A stretch of 64,000 nt of DNA, taken from IMG/VR virus record IMGVR_UViG_3300037423_000611, positions 8,501-72,500 of that record; one strand, written 5' to 3'. This document shows, piece after piece, positions 31,902 through 41,302 of this stretch (the first letter of the stretch is position 1; each line of letters opens with the position of its first letter). Source of the stretch: a virus (taxonomy: Duplodnaviria; Caudoviricetes). The notes beneath the pieces were generated by a model. That model saw only the letters and a list, made by a program, of their open reading frames with translations. It searched no databases and was not told the origin of the DNA. A program made the position numbers and the translations under genes.

Positions 31902-32246
31902 CTATTGTTCTTCATCTCTATCACTAATACTCAATATACTAGCCAATGATTTCGATACACTATGCAACATTTCAACTTTAGCATCTTTCGCACCCTGAAA
32001 ATAACCATCATAATATAATTGCGACAATACACCTAGCATTGCATCTTGTGATACATCAAATGCTTCCATAGCCTTGTAGAACGCTGCCTCTATAATTTCA
32101 TAATGGTCAACATCCGTGTATTGGTGAGTAAGTTCGTGAATCTTCATGCTTGTGCATGTGTCACATATATGTTCAAACTCACGGTCATTGTTATTAGGGA
32201 AGTTTACAATTTTATCTGACAAGGGGAGACTCCTTTTATTCATCAT
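31902..32246 (-). CDS. Hypothetical protein
   Basis: ORF track; true start may be TTG near 32222 after AAGGAG. Confidence 0.55.
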   Translation of the reverse strand: MMNKRSLPLSDKIVNFPNNNDREFEHICDTCTSMKIHELTHQYTDVDHYEIIEAAFYKAMEAFDVSQDAMLGVLSQLYYDGYFQGAKDAKVEMLHSVSKSLASILSISDRDEEQ

Positions 32247-32520
32247 AGGTTACATGATTTTTGTTAAGCATTTCAACAGAACGTAGAATCATTGCAAGCA
32301 ACAAATCCTCTTCTACCATATTTCCTATCTCGTCCACGAGCATTTCTATTGCTCCAGTTAATTCATCTTTAAAATTCTGTTTCTTCCTTAAGTCATATAT
32401 CATCTCAACATAGTTGTCGATAAGTTGTGAATAACTGAGAGACCTACGCTTTATTGTTACAAATGTTAAATCTCTATCATCTTCATAATAAAGATCATCA
32501 TGTTCTTGACTCATAGGCAT
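32236..32520 (-). CDS. Hypothetical protein
   Basis: ORF track; AGGTG RBS. Confidence 0.55.
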   Translation of the reverse strand: MPMSQEHDDLYYEDDRDLTFVTIKRRSLSYSQLIDNYVEMIYDLRKKQNFKDELTGAIEMLVDEIGNMVEEDLLLAMILRSVEMLNKNHVTYDE

Positions 32521-32533
32521 TGCACCTACTTAC

Positions 32534-33751
32534 TTATTTTAGTTTTAAATCATATGTAGTAGTGATTCCTTCACCATTTTCCAAAAGCAACATTTTAACT
32601 GCTGGTTTAGCAGCCTTTTTCAATTTCATAGCATAATCGTCTACTCCACAGAATGATGGTGCTTGTATGAAATCAATATTCATATTTTCATTCATGCCAA
32701 TAGTTTTGGAATGATTGTGATGCAGATGTCCAGATACCACAAGATCAATTTTATGTCCGTATGAAATCATGTAATCTTTTAATGATTGCTCCATGTTCTT
32801 TTCATATTGCCCATGTACCATTAATGTCTTAACACCTGAAATCTCTCGATAATGGAAATTTCCACAATTATGTATGTTAATATTTTTATTATCTTTAAGC
32901 ATAGACATTAAAAACCAATTGATTACACGTTCAAAATTTTCATCGTCAAACTCACCGCGAGATGAATTTAAGGTTCTCGTTTCTGAGTGATTGCCTAAAA
33001 TAGAATAGTAGTCGATTGTCGTATACTTAGAAAGTTCGTTTAACCAATAAACCATGAAGTTTGCATATTCCATTGTTTGGTCAACTGCACCCATCTTTAA
33101 CTTTTGCAATTGACTCGCTCTAAGAATGCCATCTATCGCATCTCCAAGATTACTTAGATGTAAGTGATTCAAGTTATCTTTTTCAAGTTTAGATACAATC
33201 CAATCCAATGCTTTCCACATTCTACTTTTGAATACTTTGGGGTTGTATTCATTTATCACTTCTCCCAACAGACCTCTAACGATTTCATCTTTTCCGAAAT
33301 GTTGGTCAGCAAGAAGAACAAGAGGGGAGACATGGAGGTTTTCTTTAGTTTGTCTCCGTGATGGTGGGGTTGGTTTATCTAATTTTTCAATTGCAGAACT
33401 TAAAGATTCAAAAATTTGCTCTGAACGAGATTGTTCACGAATCCATTTATTGATTTCAGGCTTAAGCGATTGTAGTTTATAGCGTTCTTTTTGCAATTGC
33501 AGTTTTGCTTCTTCTATCTCATCAAGAATAGAGTGGTCGGCTATATTTTCTTTAATAGCTTCTTCATATCCCTCAGAATACGCATACCACCATTTGCGAT
33601 ATTTTGATTCTCCCCATTTATCACCTGTAACTTTGTTAATAAGATCAGTTATATCTTGCCAAGATATAGAGTAAGTATCCTTATTGCTACATAAGCGAAT
33701 TTTATATTGTTTAGTGTTTTCGTTTGGAAGTTTGTTTAATTGAAATTGCAT
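32534..33751 (-). CDS. Calcineurin-like metallophosphoesterase (SPbeta YonJ-like)
   Basis: Motifs ADQH, GDAIDG, GNH, HG and GHLH. Confidence 0.85.
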   Translation of the reverse strand: MQFQLNKLPNENTKQYKIRLCSNKDTYSISWQDITDLINKVTGDKWGESKYRKWWYAYSEGYEEAIKENIADHSILDEIEEAKLQLQKERYKLQSLKPEINKWIREQSRSEQIFESLSSAIEKLDKPTPPSRRQTKENLHVSPLVLLADQHFGKDEIVRGLLGEVINEYNPKVFKSRMWKALDWIVSKLEKDNLNHLHLSNLGDAIDGILRASQLQKLKMGAVDQTMEYANFMVYWLNELSKYTTIDYYSILGNHSETRTLNSSRGEFDDENFERVINWFLMSMLKDNKNINIHNCGNFHYREISGVKTLMVHGQYEKNMEQSLKDYMISYGHKIDLVVSGHLHHNHSKTIGMNENMNIDFIQAPSFCGVDDYAMKLKKAAKPAVKMLLLENGEGITTTYDLKLK

Positions 33752-34671
33752 AATTCACTCCCTAAGATATTGTTTATATTATTAAATTCAAAGTAAGGTA
33801 TTCTTAAAAGTTGAATATTATTTTCTTTGCAATATGTATTTTTAATTTCATCATTTTCTTTTGTATAATTTAAACTTTTTTCTCCACCAAAATAATCTAC
33901 CGATTCAAAATGCTGTCTTCCATCATACTCTATTAATAGCGACAATTTATTTTTATCATCGAATATTGCAAAATCAAAAGGTAGTGGGTTTACTCTTCTG
34001 CAATCATGAATCCTATACTGTGATATATAATTTATTTTATTTTCAATTAAAAATTCCTCAATCATTACCTCTCCTCTAGATTTGATACAATTGGGGCACC
34101 TTTTGTCGCGTAAAAAATTATGAGGAGTAACAGGATACTCGTAACCACATGTAGTATGTTTCATATTCATCTTTATATTTGCTTCTATGTATTCGCCTAA
34201 AACCTGATATTCTCCATTTGTTAATTCAAAAACTTCCTTGATAAATTTTTCAGTCGTTTTTAAGGATTTATTTTTACATACCCCACATCTTCTACCTATT
34301 AAAAATTGACCAAAGTTTGTCTTTGCTTGATTACCACATGTTAGGCATTCATATACAAAAGGGGTTCCAGAATCCTTGTATTCTGATTTGATTAAGTATC
34401 CGTTATTAAATAGATAATCTTCAACAAATTCCTTAGTATATTTCGTCCTACATTCTGAATTGTAATCATTGCTACATTCTTTACATCTGTGACCTTGTTT
34501 AAAATTATCCCAAAGTTGTTCCATTATATGACCATTTGCGCATTTTAAAACTATAAATAACCTATTCCTACCGTTACTTGCTGTTTTATAAAACATGTCC
34601 AACAATGATACATTAATTCTATTATCAAATATAAATTGTTCAATATCTTGTCTTGTTTTTCTTTTTGACAC
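33736..34671 (-). CDS. Putative free-standing endonuclease with Zn-ribbon repeats and a C-terminal Vsr/DUF559-like domain
   Basis: GTG start after GGAGG; CANGH/CKEC, CLTCG/CGVC and CGY/CPNC repeats; SRGE...LPFDF...LIEYDGRQH. Confidence 0.75.
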   Translation of the reverse strand: MSKRKTRQDIEQFIFDNRINVSLLDMFYKTASNGRNRLFIVLKCANGHIMEQLWDNFKQGHRCKECSNDYNSECRTKYTKEFVEDYLFNNGYLIKSEYKDSGTPFVYECLTCGNQAKTNFGQFLIGRRCGVCKNKSLKTTEKFIKEVFELTNGEYQVLGEYIEANIKMNMKHTTCGYEYPVTPHNFLRDKRCPNCIKSRGEVMIEEFLIENKINYISQYRIHDCRRVNPLPFDFAIFDDKNKLSLLIEYDGRQHFESVDYFGGEKSLNYTKENDEIKNTYCKENNIQLLRIPYFEFNNINNILGSELCNFN

Positions 34672-34675
34672 TAAA

Positions 34676-34800
34676 TTTCCTCCTCTCAATATAAAAAGAC
34701 TGATTCTATCATCACGACAGTATCAGCCTCGAAAGGAGGTAGAGGGGATATCATCACGACATGCCATACCTCTTTATAATTTTTCATTGGGCAATTGACT
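34676..34800 (-). ncRNA. Structured 5' leader D with a duplicated 13-nt motif
   Basis: UGUCGUGAUGAUA occurs twice (34749-34761, 34707-34719), each in a hairpin. The second hairpin GGCUGAU/AUCAGUC is followed by UUUUU. Confidence 0.55.
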
Positions 34801-34817
34801 TATCATCTAATCACCTC

Positions 34818-35012
34818 TTATTCTTCGTCTGCCAAAAATTCAGAGTCATCTTCCTCAAATGCAATGGTAAATTTGACTTTCCCACCCGTATATCGGTTTA
34901 ATACTTTACGTAGGTCGTAAGTTTTTATTTCATCCTTTGTCTCTTCAACTAAAGTCATCGAGTCTTGATCCAATCTACCTGCTACGGAAAATGAATTATT
35001 TAATTTACCCAT
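34818..35012 (-). CDS. yonK: YonK-family protein
   Basis: MGKLNNSFSVAGRLDQDSMTLVEETKDEIKTYDL... resembles SPbeta YonK in size, pattern and position. Confidence 0.65.
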   Translation of the reverse strand: MGKLNNSFSVAGRLDQDSMTLVEETKDEIKTYDLRKVLNRYTGGKVKFTIAFEEDDSEFLADEE

Positions 35013-35090
35013 TATCCGATTCCTCCTTGTATTGTCCATACAATTTTTGATATACTATTGTCATATCAGAACATTAAATTTATGGTAATT

Positions 35091-35612
35091 TTACTTGTGA
35101 TTATCTATCGAGCCTTTTAACATTTCCACACCATTTTTAGCAACTATCTGACTGAACCACATTGGAGCAGACGTTTCATGTATTCCAGTTCCTTTTCCTC
35201 TGTGATGGAGAGGGCAGAGCACTAACAAGTTGCGAATATCATCGGGAGATTTTACAGGTTTTCCTTTTAATTTTTTACTATATCCGTAGAAGTCAATGAC
35301 TCCATCATCAAACAGTTTTTGTACTTCTATTGAGTCTGCATTCTCCCATTCTGCCCACTCCACTACAAAATGGTGTGTTTCCAAATGTTCAGAAGGTAAC
35401 TTTTCCATTCCGAGTCTATTACACACGAAACAGGGGAGTTTTAAATCATCAATCAGCAAATCATGGTTCTTTCTATATTCAGCACTCTCAGACCTGTGAG
35501 GATGAGTAGGGTACTCTAAAATTTCTACTATGGTATGTACTTGTTCGTGCGCTTCTACTTTTCTATCTTCCAAATCAATCAACCCATCTTCTGATTCTGT
35601 TCTTTTTCCCAT
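35091..35612 (-). CDS. HNH-like / Zn-binding hypothetical protein
   Basis: CFVC...LETHH...NLLVLCPLHH pattern. Confidence 0.55.
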   Translation of the reverse strand: MGKRTESEDGLIDLEDRKVEAHEQVHTIVEILEYPTHPHRSESAEYRKNHDLLIDDLKLPCFVCNRLGMEKLPSEHLETHHFVVEWAEWENADSIEVQKLFDDGVIDFYGYSKKLKGKPVKSPDDIRNLLVLCPLHHRGKGTGIHETSAPMWFSQIVAKNGVEMLKGSIDNHK

Positions 35613-35882
35613 TCACTAATAACTACACCTTGGGAATCTACGCTATATGTATCCATCTCTGCTCGTCTCTCCTCTAAATAGAAAAAGGATGGATTACTCC
35701 ATCCTGCGACCATTTATTTTATTCTTGCGAAAATCTTGCTATGGATTTTGCGACTAGTACATGAAGTGAATTGTTTGCATCATAGTTTGATTTACCAAAA
35801 TCTACTTTGGAGATTAGTGTTACAAGTTTAAAGTTTGTGTGAGTTCCTAAAATCATTAAGTTAAGCACCTCTAATATATATT

Positions 35883-37169
35883 TTACTCTAACAACTCAGC
35901 CAATGAAGCTGTGTCGCTGCGTTCAATCTTATCAAGTGTTACTTGTCCATATAACTTTTGGTCTCGAAGAATCTTCAATGCCTGAAGTCCACTATTTCTA
36001 GCAAATTTATTCCTATCAGACTGTTTCAAATCGCCATTCAACCAAAGTTGAGAACCTTTGCCAACACGACCAAGTAATAATTGTACATGTTCTGTTGTAT
36101 TATTTTGCACCTCTGTTACATAAATCAAGGAGTTCTTTATGTCTCTTCCACGTAGAGTACCTAAGTGTTGAATTTCAATCTTTCCTTGCATAAGTAAGAA
36201 TCTAAGACCCTCAAGACCTCCAACATGGTCAGCTAAAGGCATTGCAAATTCTATTAACTTCTCAATCTTATCTCCGGGCAAAAATCCAATTGGCTCAGTA
36301 TCCTTTAGTTCGATGTTATTTCTAACCCAAACAATTTTCTCGAAACCACCATGAGAAGGTGATTTATCCAATAATGCCATTGCATGAGAAATCATACAAA
36401 AGTCTTTACCGACACCAAATTTTCCAAAAGCACTCTTCACTGTAATGTCTTTATTTTGTAGCATATCAAACATTGCTTCTTGTTTGACATTAATTGGCTT
36501 TACAGTTTCACTTAAGAATCCGCTAGATAAATTTTTATATTTTAACCTTGTAAGTTTATTTCCATCCCATTTAAAAGGTTTTTCCAATGGTTCATAACCT
36601 GTATGTTTTCCATCTTCGTTGTATGTAGGTTTTGTCAAATCCCATATCACCAAATACTCATTGGTGGCTAACTTTTGAGAATTATACTCTGGAACCTCAT
36701 ATAAGTCTGCTAGGATTTGTTGATGCTCTGTATTGTTTTTGTCTAGGTATATATCTTTAATTCCTAGATAACCGTTATCTACAGTTCGAGTATCTAAGTT
36801 GACAATATCAATATCAACATTCATTTCTTTTTGTAACCATTTACATTTTTGTTTAAGAAGTTTATCATATGTAATTACACCATAGCCATTGTCATAAATG
36901 GCCTGTAGTAGTTTGTTGTCTACGTATGAGTCATCAAAATCACTACTCAAAGTACACTTATAATCTTTTAAATCATATTTAATTTTATCTTCATGTGTTT
37001 CAAGATAATCAGTTGCTCTACGAGCGAGAAATGCCAAAGCACCATCTCTACCTGATTTATGCTTTTCGAGTTCTCGAATTACATGAGAGGTAATAACAAT
37101 ATTGTAGTTATGAAGAATATCTAAATTGTCGATCAAAACATTTGTGTCCACCAAATAATACTGTGACAT
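35883..37169 (-). CDS. phoH: PIN-domain PhoH-family ATPase
   Basis: N-terminal PIN motif LVDTNVLI; P-loop GKFGVGK; IGFLPGD, RGRDI and LNGDLKQSD PhoH motifs. Confidence 0.9.
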   Translation of the reverse strand: MSQYYLVDTNVLIDNLDILHNYNIVITSHVIRELEKHKSGRDGALAFLARRATDYLETHEDKIKYDLKDYKCTLSSDFDDSYVDNKLLQAIYDNGYGVITYDKLLKQKCKWLQKEMNVDIDIVNLDTRTVDNGYLGIKDIYLDKNNTEHQQILADLYEVPEYNSQKLATNEYLVIWDLTKPTYNEDGKHTGYEPLEKPFKWDGNKLTRLKYKNLSSGFLSETVKPINVKQEAMFDMLQNKDITVKSAFGKFGVGKDFCMISHAMALLDKSPSHGGFEKIVWVRNNIELKDTEPIGFLPGDKIEKLIEFAMPLADHVGGLEGLRFLLMQGKIEIQHLGTLRGRDIKNSLIYVTEVQNNTTEHVQLLLGRVGKGSQLWLNGDLKQSDRNKFARNSGLQALKILRDQKLYGQVTLDKIERSDTASLAELLE

Positions 37170-37330
37170 GGGGAATACCTCATTTCGATGGGGTAGAATA
37201 GAGGGGGACAATTAAAATGGTTATCCTCCTATTTGCTGTATTCTGTCGGGTCGAACTCTCCAGTTTTTCATGACGACAGATAAAAATAAAGAGGCTCACT
37301 GTTTAGCAAGCCTCTATTTCGATATATCAA

Positions 37331-37624
37331 TTATTTAACTGCTTCTTTAAGCCCTTTACCTGCTGTGAATGCTGGTTTTAAACTAGCCAAAATATCGATT
37401 TCTTCACCTGTCTGAGGATTCCTTCCCTTACGAGCAGCACGTTCTTTTACCTCGAAATTCCCGAATCCAATTAGAGTGATTTTCTCTTTACTTTTTAGCG
37501 CAGTAGGGATGATACCAAGATTTTCAGGATCTACAGAAATTAAAGCGTCAATAATCTCACCAGACTGTTTCTTAGTGATTCCAACTTTCTCAGCAAGTTG
37601 ATTTACAAGATCCGTTTTTGTCAT
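37331..37624 (-). CDS. hup: HU-like DNA-binding protein (YonN-like)
   Basis: MTKTDLV...[24 protein letters not shown]...[14 protein letters not shown]. Confidence 0.95.
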   Translation of the reverse strand: MTKTDLVNQLAEKVGITKKQSGEIIDALISVDPENLGIIPTALKSKEKITLIGFGNFEVKERAARKGRNPQTGEEIDILASLKPAFTAGKGLKEAVK

Positions 37625-37775
37625 TTTATAATTTCTCCTTTAAATATAAATTGATATTTTATTTTTATAAAGCAAGAACCTTGTTCAAGCCTTATTTTAT
37701 CTTTCTTCCATAATCAAAAATAGACTCAATCATTCATAAACATAGAATTACCAAGGCTTTTAACGATTATCTATT

Positions 37776-38498
37776 TCAAACATTATTTTTATTTCTATTT
37801 TCAATCGTTTTCCGTATGTTTTCTACTCTGGCACACTCTTTGCAAAATCTTTTTTTATTGTTTGTTTGTTTAATCGCCTTATTGCAAGTTTCACATTTTG
37901 AATACCCGTCTTCGCCAACACACAACAAGTATTCGTAAATAAATTCATCGAAGTCTTTTATAATGATTGTAGGTTTGCCTTTTTTATCAGCGAACTTAAC
38001 CCACCGTTTACTTCCCATTGTTATATCAATTAATTCTTTAGAAGTTAGTGATTGCAGTAATTCTAATTTAGTCTTTGAGTTCAAATTCAACTTACACAAT
38101 CTATATAAGTCTTCGATGCTAATTTCAAATTTTTTATATCCATAAAACTTATACAATACCAATAACACAAAGGCGACCTTTTGTTCATTTAATTTCTCTA
38201 ATGATTTGATGCAATATATTTCTTTTTCTGTGATTTGAACTTCTCTTCCTGTAATCAGTTTCCCGTTATATGCAGTGTTAATTGTTTTATTGATTATTTT
38301 ATACCATTCATCTTTGTTGAAATGTTCATCAAATTTCTCACAGAATTTTACTACACATTCCTTAACTTCATCTTTAGTTTTTCCTTCGGCAAAATAATAC
38401 TTAGATAATACATATAACTCAAATACGTTCTTATGTTTGGTTAGATATCCTTTTTTCAACATCTCTTCAGCATACTTTTTCTCGTCAAATATGATCAA
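37776..38498 (-). CDS. Conserved hypothetical protein coupled to the RNAP gene, C-terminal Zn ribbon
   Basis: ATGA overlap with the RNAP stop; CETC/CKEC. Confidence 0.7.
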   Translation of the reverse strand: MIIFDEKKYAEEMLKKGYLTKHKNVFELYVLSKYYFAEGKTKDEVKECVVKFCEKFDEHFNKDEWYKIINKTINTAYNGKLITGREVQITEKEIYCIKSLEKLNEQKVAFVLLVLYKFYGYKKFEISIEDLYRLCKLNLNSKTKLELLQSLTSKELIDITMGSKRWVKFADKKGKPTIIIKDFDEFIYEYLLCVGEDGYSKCETCNKAIKQTNNKKRFCKECARVENIRKTIENRNKNNV

Positions 38499-41302
38499 AT
38501 AACAACACTCCTTAAACTGTATTTCTTCCCTAAGTACTCTTTTCCTTTGTGGTCAAACATTGGTATTTCTACTTTACCATCACTTTTATCTTTAATAATG
38601 TTCAATATCCCCTCAATGCCGATACTCCACGCAAACTCTTTAGACTCTGTTGGATTTAATTGATAAGTGATATATACTAAGTGATTTGCTAATTCTTTTG
38701 CATTAGGGCATATAGCAAATGCTTCATTCCTAATCTCCTCATAGAACTCATTCATTCTTTTGTCGCTTTCATTGTCTTCCTCAACTTCAAAATCAATATG
38801 TTTCAGAATGTTGTTTTTAAATTTAAAATGACGTTTCTTATTAAATTTCTCATACAGCTTAATTAATCTATCTAATTTAGTCTGGTCAATTTTTATAGAT
38901 TGGTCAAAAAGAACATTGAACATATCTCCAATATTTTCGTCATTCTTAGGTCTTTTATATTTAAAATCAACTTCCTCAACCATATTACAAAGTGTATTCA
39001 TAACTGAATGATTTTTAATCACTGGCATTCTTCTATAATATTCAGATACATAGTAGGACTCTTGCTTTGTCTTATTTTTCTTCTTAAGCAGTTGATCTAA
39101 AGAACACCCAAATTTTTCCTTACATGTTCTTTCACATTTCTTTTTATACTCTCTGTATTCATTTTTAATTCTATCGTAGATATAAATCATAAAGTATGGC
39201 TTTTTATTAGCAACAAGGTTGTTATGATAATATTTATTTTGTTTTACTTCATCTGAATCATCTTCGTTAATATATTCTCGATTTTTCCATTCGGAAGGAA
39301 AGGGCTTCATCTTGATACCTTTGGCCTGATCAATTGAGTCCCCGATGTATCTACGTAGGAGTTTTATTCTTTCAATCAATTCATTATACTCCTGTGAACC
39401 TTCTTTAAAATTAGAAAGCATGGATATAAACGCAGTAGAATAATTCGTTATAACTCCAACTTTACAATCAAAACTCCTTAAATCAGTTTGTAATATATTT
39501 GTATTGTTTAACCTCTGACTTGGGGCAGAAACTTTGTCGTATGTAATCACATTCTTATTAGGATATATATTATTGAGCATCACTTCATTGTCGGTAGTAA
39601 AAACAATATCATAATCCCAATCTGAATCCGAGTGTCTTATGGTGTCAACACCCCACACATTGTAGATGATGCCCGATTTTATGTATTTGTACCATTCTTT
39701 TGTGTCCTCATTGTTTATAAAATTTAAAGGATTATGTTCGTGAAAATCAACCATTGGACTTCTACAAGCATCAACTTTTGTAACATTTCTTTCATTCCAG
39801 AAATGAGAATAATGTTCATGTTCTTTTAGTAATCCAGTGACTTCGTCATTGTCATCCTTTCTAAAAGCCCATTGCGCTTGGCCATATGGATCACTTACCA
39901 TTGCTTGATAGTTTCCTCTACTCCATACGCGTCCAATTTTCGCATCTTGAATTTTTGTGGCAATATTGTCATATAACTTCTTTTTTATATATGGGTCTTT
40001 TAATAAAGAGTCGTTATACAAAATAGCCTTTACATAATCATTGTTAGATTTATCAAATATTTTAGCAATAGAATCCGATTCTTTGCATGAACCAAGTAAG
40101 AACAAGAGCGTGTACAATTTATCTCCGCTGCAAATCTTTTCTATCCAGTTGATCGTTGGTTGTATTAAATCTTTTATTTTGTGCCTGTCGAGCGCAAGAG
40201 TCTGTATATATTGGTAATTTAGTAGACTCATTTCATTATCTACTCTTGGATTTACTTTTGTAACTCCCCATGAATGTCCATGATATTCATGAAGTTGAAC
40301 ATACTGAGACCAAGATGAATAGAACTTATACATTTTAAATTGGCTTACGCTCAATAGGATGTCAATTTGGTCAATATCCCAAGTATCTCCATAATAATCA
40401 ACAATTTTGGTTGTTTTTGCTATTTTGGCAGCGTGTTTATGGAAATCGTAGACCACCAATTGTCCTTTTACAAAAGCTGAACGAATTCCAAATTGTGACG
40501 GTAAATAGTCTAAATCTAAATCTTCCTGCCATAATTCAGCCATTCTTGGAGATATTAAACCTTGACCGTCCCACATGTTTGGTACAAATTCAAAATCTTC
40601 TCTCACTGTCATTCTTCTTCGATTAATCTTCTTTCCATTTTCTCCTTGCAGTTCAACGTCCTCTACCCAATCCACCGCTTTGGGTAATTTATACTTTTCA
40701 CAGTCTGCAATCAAACACACTCTCGGTGTTCTTACCTCATATGTAGCAGACATGTGAAGCCCGAAGTAGGCGTTATATTTTGCCACGTTAATTTTCTTAA
40801 TGTTTAATCCACAGTTTAGTCTTTTTTCTAATTCATCTTTAATCTCAACATTCACAAAAGATGCAGTACTTCGTCTAGATTGGCCTGAACCACTGCACAA
40901 TCTAAGAAAACGTATTCCGTTAATGCTGAATCCATTTTTGAAAATTTTCTTATAGACTTTGCGGTCATCAACTTTTACATTAATGATATCAGGAACAAAT
41001 AAAATATCATCGATCTCTTTTTGTTTTTCAGTAATGAGTGTAGCGTTTTCTTCTGTAGATTCTAATTCTTTAAACTGATTACGTTCTTTAACTAACTCGT
41101 CTAATTTACTCAAATCTACATCAGAATTCCTAATACTTCTGATTGAACGAAATACTTGATTATCTCCAATTTGAACAATTTCACCATTTAATCTTGCTTG
41201 AGCAACAGTTAAACTTTCAATGCTACACCCAGACTCATTGAGTCTAGATGTAGTTATTTTAAAAACGTAATATTGTTGTAATTTCACCATGCAATCACTC
41301 AC
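38495..41302 (-). CDS. yonO: Single-subunit two-barrel RNA polymerase, SPbeta YonO / RdRP-like family
   Basis: 935 aa; WDGQGLIS, QFGIRSAFVKG, CRSP and catalytic DxDxD (DWDYD) motifs; synteny with HU and YonK. Confidence 0.85.
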   Translation of the reverse strand: MSDCMVKLQQYYVFKITTSRLNESGCSIESLTVAQARLNGEIVQIGDNQVFRSIRSIRNSDVDLSKLDELVKERNQFKELESTEENATLITEKQKEIDDILFVPDIINVKVDDRKVYKKIFKNGFSINGIRFLRLCSGSGQSRRSTASFVNVEIKDELEKRLNCGLNIKKINVAKYNAYFGLHMSATYEVRTPRVCLIADCEKYKLPKAVDWVEDVELQGENGKKINRRRMTVREDFEFVPNMWDGQGLISPRMAELWQEDLDLDYLPSQFGIRSAFVKGQLVVYDFHKHAAKIAKTTKIVDYYGDTWDIDQIDILLSVSQFKMYKFYSSWSQYVQLHEYHGHSWGVTKVNPRVDNEMSLLNYQYIQTLALDRHKIKDLIQPTINWIEKICSGDKLYTLLFLLGSCKESDSIAKIFDKSNNDYVKAILYNDSLLKDPYIKKKLYDNIATKIQDAKIGRVWSRGNYQAMVSDPYGQAQWAFRKDDNDEVTGLLKEHEHYSHFWNERNVTKVDACRSPMVDFHEHNPLNFINNEDTKEWYKYIKSGIIYNVWGVDTIRHSDSDWDYDIVFTTDNEVMLNNIYPNKNVITYDKVSAPSQRLNNTNILQTDLRSFDCKVGVITNYSTAFISMLSNFKEGSQEYNELIERIKLLRRYIGDSIDQAKGIKMKPFPSEWKNREYINEDDSDEVKQNKYYHNNLVANKKPYFMIYIYDRIKNEYREYKKKCERTCKEKFGCSLDQLLKKKNKTKQESYYVSEYYRRMPVIKNHSVMNTLCNMVEEVDFKYKRPKNDENIGDMFNVLFDQSIKIDQTKLDRLIKLYEKFNKKRHFKFKNNILKHIDFEVEEDNESDKRMNEFYEEIRNEAFAICPNAKELANHLVYITYQLNPTESKEFAWSIGIEGILNIIKDKSDGKVEIPMFDHKGKEYLGKKYSLRSVVI

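Noticed and set aside
35579-35656. 25-codon upstream ORF overlapping the HNH-like gene as a possible programmed frameshift
   Set aside because: No canonical slippery heptamer in the required frame; it may be a simple leader ORF or chance.
27627-41302. Introns or inteins in terminase, RNAP or PhoH
   Set aside because: All are continuous ORFs of expected size, with no recognisable intein termini or group I intron interruptions.
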